From a virus: a DNA stretch of 64,000 nucleotides. Position 1 is the first letter of the stretch, and every line of letters begins with the position of its first letter. Made by a program: the position numbers and the translations under genes. The notes beneath the pieces are model-generated. The model ran no database searches. It had not been told where the DNA came from and saw nothing but the letters and a program-made list of their open reading frames with translations. The stretch is taken from IMG/VR virus record IMGVR_UViG_3300021335_000004; one strand, written 5' to 3'. Below, piece by piece: positions 29,421-37,217 of this stretch.

Positions 29421-29449
29421 GAAAGAAAGGGCGTCTAACTTAGACGCCC
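29421..29449 (-). terminator. Rho-independent terminator
   Basis: GGGCGTCTAA/TTAGACGCCC inverted repeat followed by TTTCTTTC on the - strand. Confidence 0.75.
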
Positions 29450-29486
29450 AATAACTAACCGTTTTCTTATCTAGTGTAAAAATACT

Positions 29487-29657
29487 CTATCGCTGTGTAA
29501 ATCCGTTTACTTCAGCATTTAAACGCTTTTCAAGTTCTGCTACTGTATAAACTGCTTCACGATACTTTAATGGTTGTCCCATAGGGGTGCCCGGCCATCC
29601 ACCAGTTTTTGCATCTGTAAAGTTCATTTTAAATATATTCTTTAATAATTTAGTCAT
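29487..29657 (-). CDS. Small protein (56 aa)
   Basis: Hand-translated MTKLLKNIFKMNFTDAKTGGWPGTPMGQPLKYREAVYTVAELEKRLNAEVNGFTQR; GGAG RBS. Confidence 0.55.
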   Translation of the reverse strand: MTKLLKNIFKMNFTDAKTGGWPGTPMGQPLKYREAVYTVAELEKRLNAEVNGFTQR

Positions 29658-29826
29658 TTTTGTTCTCCATCATTAATTTTTTTGCTTGTTCGTAATAACC
29701 CATCTGTGCAAGCGCACTTGCTGCTCTTGCTTTGCCGATGCTTTCGGTTATGCTCATCATTTTATTTAGTGTGTTTGTTACTGCATCACAGAATGTGCAG
29801 TATGTTTGTGTCATTATCGCTTGCAT
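29650..29826 (-). CDS. Small protein (58 aa)
   Basis: Hand-translated MQAIMTQTYCTFCDAV...SIGKARAASALAQMGYYEQAKKLMMENKND; TAATG coupling. Confidence 0.55.
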   Translation of the reverse strand: MQAIMTQTYCTFCDAVTNTLNKMMSITESIGKARAASALAQMGYYEQAKKLMMENKND

Positions 29827-29984
29827 TAGTTTTTTACTCCTGTAATTGGTGCTTTACCTGTTAGTTTCATTTGACTGTACGCATATTGCCAGTCGTTTCC
29901 GTACTCTGTTTGTGCCCAACGTAATAAATCAGCATCTCCTGATTTATTATTAAATTTTCTTAACAAATTAATAAGATTTTTCAT
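29826..29984 (-). CDS. Small protein (52 aa)
   Basis: Hand-translated MKNLINLLRK...LLRWAQTEYGNDWQYAY...; AGGAG RBS. Confidence 0.55.
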   Translation of the reverse strand: MKNLINLLRKFNNKSGDADLLRWAQTEYGNDWQYAYSQMKLTGKAPITGVKN

Positions 29985-29999
29985 TTTTATCTCCTAAAC

Positions 30000-30135
30000 T
30001 AGCACGTAGACGTGCTAATAGGCGCCGTGACAAGTTGTCGCAGAGCCTATATTTAATTTTAAAAATTTGCTTGAGGTTAGCAATACCTCGGGTCTTTCCC
30101 CGACGCTACCACTTTTAAGGCATGGGTTATGCCAA
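30000..30135 (-). ncRNA. Unidentified structured RNA leader or sRNA
   Basis: Five GC-rich hairpins in an AT-rich intergenic region (see findings). Confidence 0.4.
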
Positions 30136-30142
30136 GATATAA

Positions 30143-30391
30143 TTAGTCAAATAAATGTACTAATTCTAGAACAGCTTGATTTTTCTCTTCTAGTTCTTCT
30201 TTATTTCTTTTATGAATAGCTGAAGCAGCTGCTCTAACTACAGACGGTGCTAAACCATAGTCTGCTTTAAGTTTTTTAACAACTTCATTAACTGTTTCTC
30301 TAGCTGCTTCAATCTCATACATCACATCAACAATAGAGTTAATTGCGGTTTTTACTTCATTTTTATCTAGTTGCACTATTGATTCAGACAT
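30143..30391 (-). CDS. T4 DsbA-like/GapR-like dsDNA-binding protein
   Basis: Helical pattern IEAARE.VNEVVKKLKADYGL. Confidence 0.5.
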   Translation of the reverse strand: MSESIVQLDKNEVKTAINSIVDVMYEIEAARETVNEVVKKLKADYGLAPSVVRAAASAIHKRNKEELEEKNQAVLELVHLFD

Positions 30392-30821
30392 CTGTTCCCC
30401 CTACTATTTTAAAACTTTGTCTTATAAATTCTGGTTTTTTTCTAATAATTTTTTCGTTTTCTAAATCTGACATTATGAGGTCAAACAACTCATCAGTAGA
30501 TTCTTTTGTTTCAAATAATGTATTATTAGCAGATACTCTTTGTAGTTCCTTAAAAATATCTACGTTCTGAGATAATACTTTTTTTAAAAGAGTATTGGCT
30601 ACTATTAAATTAGCAGATCCAACAGCTTTTGCATCCCATTCTTTTAATAAATCTTCGTACTCTTTATCATTAGTATCCTCGGTATATTCTGGAAGATCTC
30701 TATCATTTACTAATTCCCAAGTATCTGTTTCAAATAATAACCCCTTATCATCATCAAACAAATCAGCAGGATGGTCTAATAAAATAGTAGCTATTTTATC
30801 TTTTAAACTTTCATAATTCAT
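30384..30821 (-). CDS. Hypothetical acidic protein
   Basis: 145-aa ORF coupled to its neighbours. Confidence 0.55.
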   Translation of the reverse strand: MNYESLKDKIATILLDHPADLFDDDKGLLFETDTWELVNDRDLPEYTEDTNDKEYEDLLKEWDAKAVGSANLIVANTLLKKVLSQNVDIFKELQRVSANNTLFETKESTDELFDLIMSDLENEKIIRKKPEFIRQSFKIVGGTDV

Positions 30822-31678
30822 TTTTGTATACTGGGTGAAAAATATGTTGTTCTAGCATCATCAAGACGTAGTTTAACTACATCATTGCCATAAATATCTT
30901 GTTTTCTTCCATAAATCATTACTCTATTATCCCAACGTGATTCTAACATTTCTTTTGGTTGAGAAGGAAATGCTGTATATTTACCATGATTATTATACAA
31001 ATCACTATAGTTCCTTATAGTAGAACCCCCAGATTCATAACTACTCTTTAACACTTCTTTAACAGCAGTATATAATTTACTTAGTTCTTCATCAGAACAA
31101 GACTCAATAGTACGTCTTGGGTCAATACCAGCTAGGAATAGTGCTTCGCTTTTATATATATTTCCAACACCAGAAATATTTTTTTGATTCATTAAGAATT
31201 TTACCATAGAATTTGTATTCCGTCTACGACAAATTTTTAACCAATCTGACCATTGGCATGGATCATTTAGCATATCCGGGCCAATTTCTTTTAATTTTTT
31301 CTGTAAAGCAATATCTACATCGTCTCCTGTAAAAAACTTTAATGTTCCAAAATTTCTCATATCAGAATAGAAAAGTTCTGATTTGTCATTAAAAGAAAAT
31401 TTTACACGCGCATATTTATTAATTTCTGTTTTAAAAGTACCTGACATACCTAAAGTAATAAAAATTACTCCTTTAGGCTCGGTAGTCATATAAATAAATT
31501 TACCTTTATTAGAAACACTTGATATTTTTTTAGGCAGAGTTGAAGTAAAATCTACAAATCCTGCAGGTAAATTTCTTGTATATCTACCAGTAAGGGTATC
31601 AATACTCTCTAAAGTTTTATTAACGCTAAAATCATGTAATTGATTAGCTACAATAGTACATTCAGGGCCTTCAGGCAT
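30818..31678 (-). CDS. Fpg/Nei DNA glycosylase, zincless-finger type
   Basis: N-terminal MPEGPE, LGMSG, D.RNFG, H2TH motif SGVGNIYKSEALF; C-terminal R.TYF.P.IQ without zinc-binding Cys. Confidence 0.9.
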   Translation of the reverse strand: MPEGPECTIVANQLHDFSVNKTLESIDTLTGRYTRNLPAGFVDFTSTLPKKISSVSNKGKFIYMTTEPKGVIFITLGMSGTFKTEINKYARVKFSFNDKSELFYSDMRNFGTLKFFTGDDVDIALQKKLKEIGPDMLNDPCQWSDWLKICRRRNTNSMVKFLMNQKNISGVGNIYKSEALFLAGIDPRRTIESCSDEELSKLYTAVKEVLKSSYESGGSTIRNYSDLYNNHGKYTAFPSQPKEMLESRWDNRVMIYGRKQDIYGNDVVKLRLDDARTTYFSPSIQK

Positions 31679-31925
31679 TATCTAATTTCCTTAAAATCTC
31701 ATAATAACATTTTGTTAATTCGGCATTATCTGTTTTTAAGATTTCTACCTCTTGAGTAAGAGACGCTATTTTTGCTCTAAGCTGTGGTATTTCATAATTT
31801 AGTAAATCTTCTTGTTTACCTCTAGAGTTTGTTCCAAAAAGAATTCTATCTTTTTCTTCTTTATCCCACGCTTCTCTAAGTTTTCTTTTCATATAGTTAT
31901 GATAAGATTCTCTTTTTTCGGACAT
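31671..31925 (-). CDS. Hypothetical coiled-coil protein
   Basis: Overlapping ORF run. Confidence 0.5.
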   Translation of the reverse strand: MSEKRESYHNYMKRKLREAWDKEEKDRILFGTNSRGKQEDLLNYEIPQLRAKIASLTQEVEILKTDNAELTKCYYEILRKLDNA

Positions 31926-32256
31926 TTTCTACAATCCAATCTCTATAGTTAGTTGAATTTTCTAAGAACCAAATTTCTTTTACTACTTCTTTTAGTGAAG
32001 TAACTGATAGTAATGATACATAAAATAAATGCCAAGGATTATTAAGATTTATTTTATTACTAGTTTTTTCAGTACCATAGTCTGAATAAAATCTATCATT
32101 AAAAGACGGATGGTTATAAAACCAGTTTTTATCTTTTACTTTAGTACTTAGTATAACTAAGGTTTTATCTAAAGCCTCAAGCTTTTCTTCTTCAGTTGCG
32201 TCATAGTTTACAATTTTTTTAATACGTTTTAATGCGAATTCATAAGGATTAATCAT
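31897..32256 (-). CDS. Hypothetical protein
   Basis: Overlapping ORF run with GGAG RBS. Confidence 0.5.
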   Translation of the reverse strand: MINPYEFALKRIKKIVNYDATEEEKLEALDKTLVILSTKVKDKNWFYNHPSFNDRFYSDYGTEKTSNKINLNNPWHLFYVSLLSVTSLKEVVKEIWFLENSTNYRDWIVENVRKKRILS

Positions 32257-32258
32257 AA

Positions 32259-32552
32259 TTAATAATCTCCGTTAATTTCAAAAGCGTAAGAAGCTCGCTC
32301 TTCTGAAAAAGCTCCCCAAACTTCTTTCTTATCATAATAAGGTTTTTTTTCAAACTGGTCAAGAAAATAATTAACTTGTTCTACTACCTTGTTATATCTC
32401 TCTAATCGAATTTCAGAATTAATTAAACTTCTTGCTTCATCTAACCAAGACATGGCTTCTTTAGGATTCCATTTAGCTAGATAATAAACATTTTCAATTA
32501 AAGAATTGAAAGAATAGTAACCTTTAAACATGCTTGTTTTACTTTTAACCAT
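32259..32552 (-). CDS. Hypothetical protein
   Basis: Overlapping ORF run. Confidence 0.5.
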   Translation of the reverse strand: MVKSKTSMFKGYYSFNSLIENVYYLAKWNPKEAMSWLDEARSLINSEIRLERYNKVVEQVNYFLDQFEKKPYYDKKEVWGAFSEERASYAFEINGDY

Positions 32553-32748
32553 TAATACTACCTTTTTGAATATTTGGAATTTGAACTGTAAATAGATCTT
32601 CGTAACAATTAATTATGAATCTAGCATAAGCAATATCTCCTAGATATGATCTAACATTTTCTGCTTCTTCAAATAGTTCATCTGCTTGAACTACCCCTTT
32701 ATCAGACAAGTCTGTAAAGTATGTTTTTGCTTCTAAGTATTTTGTCAT
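32545..32748 (-). CDS. Hypothetical protein
   Basis: First gene after the leftward promoter. Confidence 0.5.
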   Translation of the reverse strand: MTKYLEAKTYFTDLSDKGVVQADELFEEAENVRSYLGDIAYARFIINCYEDLFTVQIPNIQKGSING

Positions 32749-32764
32749 TTTATTTTATAATCCT

Positions 32765-32940
32765 ATTATAAGTAATTTTTAAGCTTTTAGCAAATGCAAA
32801 AGCTGTTTTTTATGTTTGATTTAAGAAAAATATTGACAGATAATCAACATTTTTGTATACTAATTAAAATAATGAGTCAAAAATAATACTTAAAAACTCA
32901 TTAGATATATAATAACAAAAACTTATCATATAGGCAAGAA
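32765..32940. promoter_or_regulatory. Divergent promoter region
   Basis: + strand TTGACA(32833)-N17-TATACT(32856); - strand TTGCTA-N17-TATAAT near 32793-32765; coding strand switches here. Confidence 0.7.
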
Positions 32941-32945
32941 CGAAT

Positions 32946-33197
32946 ATGAATTATAAACTAGTTGGATTCTATAAAAATGAACATAATCGTACATACATTA
33001 GTGCATTATTTGATTTAATTAAAAAACGTCACCCCTCTATTACACAATCAGAAATATATGACTATCAGTCACAAAAAGCAATGGACTTAAGTATTAAACT
33101 TTTTCCTTGCGTACTGGTATTTAAAAATGATACTCTACATAAGAAGTTAGAGTCTAAACTAACATTAAAAGAATCATTACAAAAGTTGGGATTATAA
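32946..33197 (+). CDS. Thioredoxin-fold-like small protein lacking CxxC
   Basis: LSIKLFPCVLVFKND resembles the Trx cis-Pro region. Confidence 0.4.
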   Translation: MNYKLVGFYKNEHNRTYISALFDLIKKRHPSITQSEIYDYQSQKAMDLSIKLFPCVLVFKNDTLHKKLESKLTLKESLQKLGL

Positions 33198-33394
33198 TGT
33201 ACATAAAAGTAAGAAATAATGATGTAAGCAAAGCTTATAAAGCATTAAGTAGAAAACTTAATACTGAAGGTATTTTTAAAAAATTAAAAGAAAAACGATT
33301 TCATCAGACTAAAGGTGAAAAAAGAAGATTAAAACATAAAGAAGCTGTAGCAAGAATAAGAAGAATGGAACGTAAAAAAGAAGAAGAAAATTAA
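33197..33394 (+). CDS. rpsU: Ribosomal protein bS21
   Basis: VRNNDVSKA...L.RKL..EGIF..LK.KRF...KGEKRRLK..EA..R. Confidence 0.85.
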   Translation: MYIKVRNNDVSKAYKALSRKLNTEGIFKKLKEKRFHQTKGEKRRLKHKEAVARIRRMERKKEEEN

Positions 33395-33395
33395 T

Positions 33396-33716
33396 GTGAC
33401 AGATACTTTAAAAAGCAGTATACAAAAAGATTCTGAAGGATTTCATATACTGGTTGAAACAGAGGACATAAATTTTTCTGAATTTAAGAAAGCTAAAATA
33501 TTGTATTATATAGTAGAAATACACAGCATGAAATCAAGTGATATAGGAATCATGGCTGACGAAATAGATGGTGTTCAACACCCTATTAAATTTGATTCTT
33601 ATTCAAAAGCTAAAGTGTCTGCTTCTAAACTACAAGAACAATTAGGAGAAGAATCTCACTGGTTTACTAAGATTATTTCAAAAGAAAAAGATATTGTTTC
33701 GTCTGAGGAGCAGTAG
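33396..33716 (+). CDS. Hypothetical protein
   Basis: 106-aa ORF between bS21 and tmRNA. Confidence 0.5.
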   Translation: MTDTLKSSIQKDSEGFHILVETEDINFSEFKKAKILYYIVEIHSMKSSDIGIMADEIDGVQHPIKFDSYSKAKVSASKLQEQLGEESHWFTKIISKEKDIVSSEEQ

Positions 33717-34132
33717 AATAAACGGACTGGACGCGGGGGCAGTACCCGCCGCCTCCACCATAAGGACACTAAATGGAAATTATTTGGCATATACTATTAA
33801 CAGCTTGTATGAATTCTGAGTGTAGAACTCAAGATGTTCAGTGGTTTGATAATAAAAACACGTGTGAAGCAACAAAAAAACTTTACGAAGAGATTCCTCT
33901 AGATGGAAATTGGACAAGTGTTAAGTATATTTGTAAACCAAAAGGCTCAGTGTCTTTATGATGGGGGCGAAATAGGATCGACAGACGTAGTAAAAACTAA
34001 ACCGAGAAACAGGTGCGCAAGCGACCTTAACCGCAAGAAAACAACAATTGCAAATGATAATTTCGCAATCGAGGATTACCGCTTAGCGGCATAATCTCAC
34101 GGGGCGGCCACTGCCTAGCAACAGAAAGTGGC
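33695..34132 (+). ncRNA. ssrA: Permuted two-piece tmRNA: acceptor piece ends with CCA at 33760; coding piece 33963 to ~34132; tag ANDNFAIEDYRLAA at 34050-34094
   Basis: T arm GCGGG-GGCAGTA-CCCGC. CGCCTCC-A-CCA pairs with downstream GGGGGCG giving a G3:U70 pair. GAAATAGGATCGAC D-region and alphaproteobacterial-type tag. 5' end approximate. Confidence 0.92.
33773..33961 (+). CDS. 62-aa Cys-containing protein encoded inside the tmRNA intervening segment
   Basis: AAGGA RBS at 33762, ATG 33773, TGA 33961; four Cys; fills the intervening segment. Confidence 0.7.
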   Translation: MEIIWHILLTACMNSECRTQDVQWFDNKNTCEATKKLYEEIPLDGNWTSVKYICKPKGSVSL

Positions 34133-34151
34133 ATTTTTAAAGGAGGTACAA

Positions 34152-35228
34152 ATGGCGCCAAGAAATCATAAGTCCTGGTTAACAAAACCAAAAGTAGAAG
34201 CTATTAGTAGTGAAATTTATAATAGTTTTGATATTTACAAGCAAGAACAAGAAGATATTTTTTCAAAAGTTTGGGTTCCTGTTTGTCATATGTCAGAGAT
34301 GCCAAATGAAGGCAACTTCAGAACATCATCCATTGCTGGAGTTTCCATTATTGTTTATAATTTCAAGGATGAAGAAGTTAGAGCGTATAAGAACTATGAT
34401 ATTAAACAGGTATCTGGTACTTTTGCTGCTCCTATAGTAACTTCAGAACCTAGGTTACATTGTGAAGTAAAACATGGCGGTATGGTATGGGTAACACTAG
34501 ATCCTAATCCTACACAGAGTGTTGAAGAATGGACAGCAGGAGCTTTTGATTGTATTGCTGATGCTATTGACACAGAAGAAATGGAAGTATTCCATTATCA
34601 CAAAGCTGTGATTGATACAAACTATAAACTGTGGCATGATACTAACTCAGAGTTCTACCACGATTTTATGCATTATTTTAATAGAGTGTCAGGATTTAAT
34701 GATGAATATTTCGCTAGAAAGAATATTCCTTTTGATAATGGTCACGTTAATGTGTCTAGCTTTACTGTTAACTATGAAGAGTATGACGGATTTGAAGATC
34801 GCGGGGAACTATCTTTTCCCAATCTGCCGCCCAACCAGTGGTACATGGTCGATCTCTTCCCAGGATATAACTTCAACCTTCGTGGTTCCGCCTATCGTTC
34901 AGACTCAGTAACGCCTCTTGGACCTAATAAGGTGCTTATTGAATTTAGAGGATATGGATTAAAGAAAGATACACCAGAAGAAAGACAAACAAGAATCAAA
35001 CACCACAACTCTATTTGGGGACCCTTCGGTCGCAACCTACATGAAGACCTTATTGGTGTTGCTGGTCAAGGTACTACAATGAGAGAGGGTACCGAATCTA
35101 GGAACATTCTACACGGACGTCATGAAAACAGTACAATTCATGACGAAGTTGGCATGCGTCATTATTATGCAGAATGGAGCAAGTGGATGGGGTTAGATGC
35201 GAGTAGGCCATGTCAATTAGCGGCATAG
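34152..35228 (+). CDS. Rieske non-heme oxygenase alpha-subunit homolog lacking the Rieske cluster ligands
   Basis: AGGAGG RBS before ATG 34152; E.E.IFSKVWV, NYKLW..TNSEFYHDFMH, LFP, EDL; no CxH/CxxH ligand pair. Confidence 0.85.
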   Translation: MAPRNHKSWLTKPKVEAISSEIYNSFDIYKQEQEDIFSKVWVPVCHMSEMPNEGNFRTSSIAGVSIIVYNFKDEEVRAYKNYDIKQVSGTFAAPIVTSEPRLHCEVKHGGMVWVTLDPNPTQSVEEWTAGAFDCIADAIDTEEMEVFHYHKAVIDTNYKLWHDTNSEFYHDFMHYFNRVSGFNDEYFARKNIPFDNGHVNVSSFTVNYEEYDGFEDRGELSFPNLPPNQWYMVDLFPGYNFNLRGSAYRSDSVTPLGPNKVLIEFRGYGLKKDTPEERQTRIKHHNSIWGPFGRNLHEDLIGVAGQGTTMREGTESRNILHGRHENSTIHDEVGMRHYYAEWSKWMGLDASRPCQLAA

Positions 35229-35265
35229 TCTCACGGGGCGGGTACTGCCTAGCAACAGAAGTACC
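35217..35265 (+). repeat. Direct repeat of the tmRNA tag end and 3' pseudoknot (copy of 34083-34132)
   Basis: ttagcggcata[a/g]tctcacggggcgg[cc/gt]actgcctagcaacagaa[a/-]gt[gg/ac]c. Confidence 0.9.
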
Positions 35266-35329
35266 ACTAACCTTAAGTCCCGCTAACTAGCTGGACTTTT
35301 TATATGAAATACAAGAGAGAATCAAAACA

Positions 35330-35662
35330 ATGAAAAAACTATTAATTGCAGCGATAGTTGCAACACCCTTATCTGCGTTTGCAGAAGATAACATTACAAA
35401 AACTATTGGAATTGAAAAAGCATTAGAATCAGAAATTACTACAGGATATTTTGATACAACTGGTACTTGGGGTTCTATCAGTAGTACTATAGGACTAAAC
35501 TGGGAAGACACAGCCGCTGATCAACTTAACATGAATTTTTCTAGTGTAGAATTAGATATAGATTATTCTTTTGATGGAGCAATTACTATTTATGCCGACA
35601 ATGATTGGGATGATGATTTTAAACACACAGAAACTACTGTTGGAGCAAAATTTAAGTTTTAA
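35330..35662 (+). CDS. Small outer-membrane beta-barrel/porin-like protein
   Basis: Signal peptide MKKLLIAAIVATPLSAFA, alternating beta-strands, terminal VGAKFKF. Confidence 0.65.
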   Translation: MKKLLIAAIVATPLSAFAEDNITKTIGIEKALESEITTGYFDTTGTWGSISSTIGLNWEDTAADQLNMNFSSVELDIDYSFDGAITIYADNDWDDDFKHTETTVGAKFKF

Positions 35663-35689
35663 GCACAAATTCTAAAAACAACGTAAAAA

Positions 35690-35715
35690 GGGAGGGTTAC
35701 ACCTCCCTTTTTTTT
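35690..35715 (+). terminator. Rho-independent terminator
   Basis: GGGAGG-GTTACA-CCTCCC plus T8. Confidence 0.85.
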
Positions 35716-35794
35716 AATTTTATAGTTTGCCCATCAAACTAGCAACTTGAAAATTTTAAAAATTTGTGTATAATACTATATAAAGAGGTATAAA

Positions 35795-36535
35795 ATGATT
35801 AAACAAAAAGACACAAAAGAATATTCCGAAGTTACTTTACCTATAATTTCTCAATTAAATAATTTTTTTTCCGCGTGGGAAAAAGAAACAGAAGAGTTTA
35901 ACAAAATTTGGGATGATTGGTTTTTAGAACAATCTATTAAGGCACATGCAGATTATGATGGAGAATGGGCGGGATCTGGTACTTTAGACTATAATGAGGC
36001 CAGAATTATATACACGTTACTTAAAAAACTAAAACCACAAAGAGTATTAGAAATAGGGGTAGCTCAAGGTGTTAGTGGAAGCTTAATTAGAGAATCTCTT
36101 CCTATAGATTCTCACTTTGATGGAATAGATATGAAATTACCTCATAATATATGTGACAAGTATAAAGAATATCTAGAAAGCGATCAGATAAATTTTTATA
36201 AAGGTGACGCCATAGAGTTTGTTAAAGAGACTATGGAGAACTATGATTTAATCTTTGTTGATGCAGACCATAGAGAAACTTTTTGTACTGAGATTGCTAA
36301 AATAATCAAACAAAAACACCCAAAAGCTACTATAGTATATCATGAATGGTCTTTTTCCGTAAACGCGGAGGAAGAAGAACTAAAATATATTTCTAGACCA
36401 GAATGGATAAAACAATTTTGGGAAAGAAAAGCTTTTGAAGATGAATATATAGAAAATAATTATAAACACTTTGGCTTTTATGGAAGCTGTGGACTAGGAG
36501 TAGTAATAAATGAAAATTTACTTTCGATGCTGTGA
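35795..36535 (+). CDS. Class I SAM methyltransferase (Methyltransf_24-like)
   Basis: VLEIGVAQGVSG, DLIFVDADH. Confidence 0.8.
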   Translation: MIKQKDTKEYSEVTLPIISQLNNFFSAWEKETEEFNKIWDDWFLEQSIKAHADYDGEWAGSGTLDYNEARIIYTLLKKLKPQRVLEIGVAQGVSGSLIRESLPIDSHFDGIDMKLPHNICDKYKEYLESDQINFYKGDAIEFVKETMENYDLIFVDADHRETFCTEIAKIIKQKHPKATIVYHEWSFSVNAEEEELKYISRPEWIKQFWERKAFEDEYIENNYKHFGFYGSCGLGVVINENLLSML

Positions 36536-37217
36536 AAAACAAGAAACAGTAAGCGGTGTTAATCGTTGGGAAGAAATTCCTAAATGGAAAACTGTTCGTA
36601 AATGTTGGAAATCAATTTATGAAGGTATTGACGAATCTGATGAGGTATTTATTTTACATGATGAAGTAACACAAGAAACATTAGATTTTATTGAAGAACA
36701 TTCTTACGAAAATACTACTTTTTTAGAAATTCCTAAACACCATATACAAGACAGATTGCATACATTTAAAATGCTAGAATTTTTAAAAACCCAACTAGAT
36801 ACGAGCAATCCTGAAGAAGTTCATTATATCGTAGAAGATGATTATCTACATACCCCAGACGCTATTTCAGCAATGAAACTTATTTTTACAAAGTGGAATA
36901 ACTTTGTTACTACATACGACTATCCTGATAGATATACTATGGATAAAACTCCATGTTTTTTAATGGTTGATACAGATAGACATTGGAGAACTAACCCTTC
37001 AGGTACTTATACTTTTGCAGCCAAAACAAAAACCTGGTTAGAATGTTGGGATATAATTAACAACACTGCTCCTCATAACCCTACAAAAGAAATGTTTCAA
37101 ACTCATCCGTGTATTTCTCCTGTACCAGGGTGTTCTTCTCATTTAACCCCTCATCATTTAAGTCCTGTAATAGATTGGGACGCTTTATGGAATAATATTA
37201 ATATCAATGCATCTTAA
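36510..37217 (+). CDS. GT-A fold glycosyltransferase-like protein
   Basis: YIVEDDYLH, YDYPDRY. Confidence 0.65.
   Translation: MKIYFRCCEKQETVSGVNRWEEIPKWKTVRKCWKSIYEGIDESDEVFILHDEVTQETLDFIEEHSYENTTFLEIPKHHIQDRLHTFKMLEFLKTQLDTSNPEEVHYIVEDDYLHTPDAISAMKLIFTKWNNFVTTYDYPDRYTMDKTPCFLMVDTDRHWRTNPSGTYTFAAKTKTWLECWDIINNTAPHNPTKEMFQTHPCISPVPGCSSHLTPHHLSPVIDWDALWNNININAS

Noticed and set aside
29487-29657. Suspected frameshifted pseudogene
   Set aside because: Re-reading shows one continuous 56-aa frame
33903-34094. 63-aa ORF ending ANDNFAIEDYRLAA
   Set aside because: It is the tmRNA tag frame extended upstream through the tRNA-like domain, not an independent gene
34083-35265. Direct repeats read as attL/attR of an integrated mobile element
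   Set aside because: No integrase is nearby and the copies have diverged with compensatory changes; kept only as a possible ancient capture
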